A stretch of DNA of 64,000 nt from Scenedesmus sp. PABB004 (Eukaryota): positions 124,001 through 188,000 of the forward strand of contig JABVCE010000009.1 in the NCBI GenBank assembly GCA_014905635.1. The letters are read 5' to 3'. Under the pieces are notes generated by a model. The model ran no database searches and was not told the DNA's origin. It worked only from the letters and a program-made list of their open reading frames with translations. Shown here in pieces: positions 62,418 to 64,000 of this stretch. The translations under genes and the position numbers were made by a program. Position 1 is the first letter of the stretch. Every line of letters begins with the position of its first letter.

Positions 62418-64000
62418 ATGTCGGACTACGAGGAGGACTTTGAGGCCTACGCGGACGAAGACGACGACTTTGAGGCACGCACGCGCCGCCGCCGCCGCCG
62501 CCGCCGCCGCTGCGTGCGTGCGTGCAGGGTGCGCCCGCGCCGCCGCCGACCGCCGCATGTGCGCCGCCGCTGCCGCAGAGCGATGATGCTGAGCTGGAGG
62601 TGGGGCAGCTGCCGCCGGCAGCAGCAGCGGCGGCAGCGGACGAGCAGGAGATCGGAGGCCTGCCCGCGAGCGCGTGGCCGGGCCTCGCGCCGGCGGTCGC
62701 CGCGCCCCCGCCGCGCCGCGGCCGCGCGGGCGGCTTCGCGCGCGCCCTCATCCCCGCCGACGGCGGGGATGGTGGGCGGGCCGGGCCCGCCTGCGCCGCC
62801 GGCGACGCCGACGGTGCCGCGGCGGTCGTCATCCTGAGCCCCGCGCCGCCGCCGGCGCTGGGCGACGCGGAGCGCGCGCGCGCGTGCCGCGCGCTCGCGC
62901 GCTCCGCGCGCGCCGCACAGCGCCGCGCCGCGCCGCTCGAGGTGTCGCCGCCGCTCGTCACGTTTGCGGCGGCGCCGCTCTCCACGCACGAGCAGCTGGC
63001 GCGCGGCGTGGGCGCGTTCGCCAGCCGCCGCGGCGCGGCGTGCCAGACGCGGCAGCTGGGGCAGGACGCGCAGGAGGCGGACGTGCAGACGGGCGAGGTC
63101 GAGCAGGCGGACGGGTGCTGCCAGGCGCCGGACGACACGTACGCGGCACCGCCGCGGCGCCCGCCCGCGCGCGACCAGCGCGGCGGCGCCGCCGGCCCCG
63201 GGCCCGCCGCTGCGGTGCAGCTGCAGGACCGCGGCGCGGCGCTGGCCGCCTTCCTGGGCTGGGCGGTGCCGGAGGCGCTGGCGGAGCTCGGACGGCGGGC
63301 GCCCGGGGCGGCGGCGGCGGCGGCGGCGGGGCCGGCGTTTGCGCCCTGCGCACGGCGCGCGGCGAGCCCCCGCGGCGGCGGCACGCGCCCGCTGCTGGCC
63401 GGGGAGCTCCCGCTCGCGGCGCCGGGCGGCCTGCTGGCGGGGCGCGCGGTGCTGGCGCTGGCCTGCCCGCCGACGCCGGCGGCCGCGGCGGCGGCCGCCG
63501 CCGCAGTAGGCGCGGCGACGGGCGCGGCCGTGAGCAGCGACCTGCTGCTGGCGTGCTGCAGCGCCGTGGCCATGCCGCCCGAGGCTGCCATCAGGGAGCA
63601 CGGCCTGCCAGGCATGGCCTGCCTCGCCGTGTGGGACCTCGCGGCGGCGGCAGCGCCCGGCGGCGGGCTGCTGCAGCTGCTCGTCTGCGAGGGCGCGCCC
63701 GCCTGCTGCTGCTGGGGCGCCGGCGCCCCAGGCGGCTGGCTCGTGTTTGCAGGCGCGCGCCGCTGCGCGGCTGGCTCGCCCGCCGCGCGTCCAGCCAAAA
63801 GCCCCTGCCTCGCGCGCGCGCGCTGCTGGCGCGCAGGCATGGAGGAGGGCGGTCTGTGCTGCTGGGACCTGTCGGAGCCGGGCCGCACGCACCAGCCGTT
63901 GGAGGCGGGGCCGCAGCAGCTGGCGCTGCCGCTGCGGCGGCCCTCGTGCAGCACGGGGCTGCCGCTGCTTGACGCTGGCGACGGTGCAGGCTCTGCCGGC
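62418..64000 (+). CDS. WDR60: WDR60/DYNC2I1-like dynein-2 intermediate chain, truncated by the window edge
   Basis: Acidic start MSDYEEDFEAYADEDDDFE, (A)DVQT-like motif, and WD segments CLAVWDL, LLVCEGAPACCCWG..LVFAG|MEEGGLCCWDLSEP resembling WDR60 C-terminal repeats. Confidence 0.6.

Overview
Gene-dense, extremely GC-rich (visually ~75-80%) nuclear DNA of an intron-rich green alga. The assignment to Chlorophyceae, probably Sphaeropleales-like, is an inference from plastid transit peptides, ~100-200 nt introns and a TGTAA poly(A) signal. About 18 mostly multi-exon genes are present: a secreted Cys-rich protein, a TM-MYND-USP deubiquitinase, a ~2,200-aa plastid-targeted helical orphan, a WDTC1/DCAF-like WD40-TPR protein, MTA/SAH nucleosidase, MIPS/INO1, EPSPS, a DiT2-type plastid dicarboxylate transporter, a GH1 glycosidase, a Cid1/HESO1-like terminal nucleotidyltransferase, a small hydrophilic plastid protein, a CNNM/DUF21-CBS protein, DNAJC11, a FAM221-like protein, an SMP-C2 protein, NBS1, MnmG/GidA and a partial WDR60. 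Most six-frame ORFs are GC artefacts. The stand-out signal is a ~2 kb stretch (~40.1-42.06 kb) with no credible gene, built of about ten or more consecutive, mutually unrelated long imperfect hairpins. Their mismatches are mostly G·U pairs on the + strand, which fits a polycistronic small-RNA (pri-miRNA-like) precursor or a large structured ncRNA. Also notable are very frequent AG|GC splice donors, an 8-nt micro-exon carrying the GH1 catalytic glutamate, and telomere-like inverted repeats bracketing a mini-exon. All gene models were spliced by eye, so exon limits and some termini are approximate.
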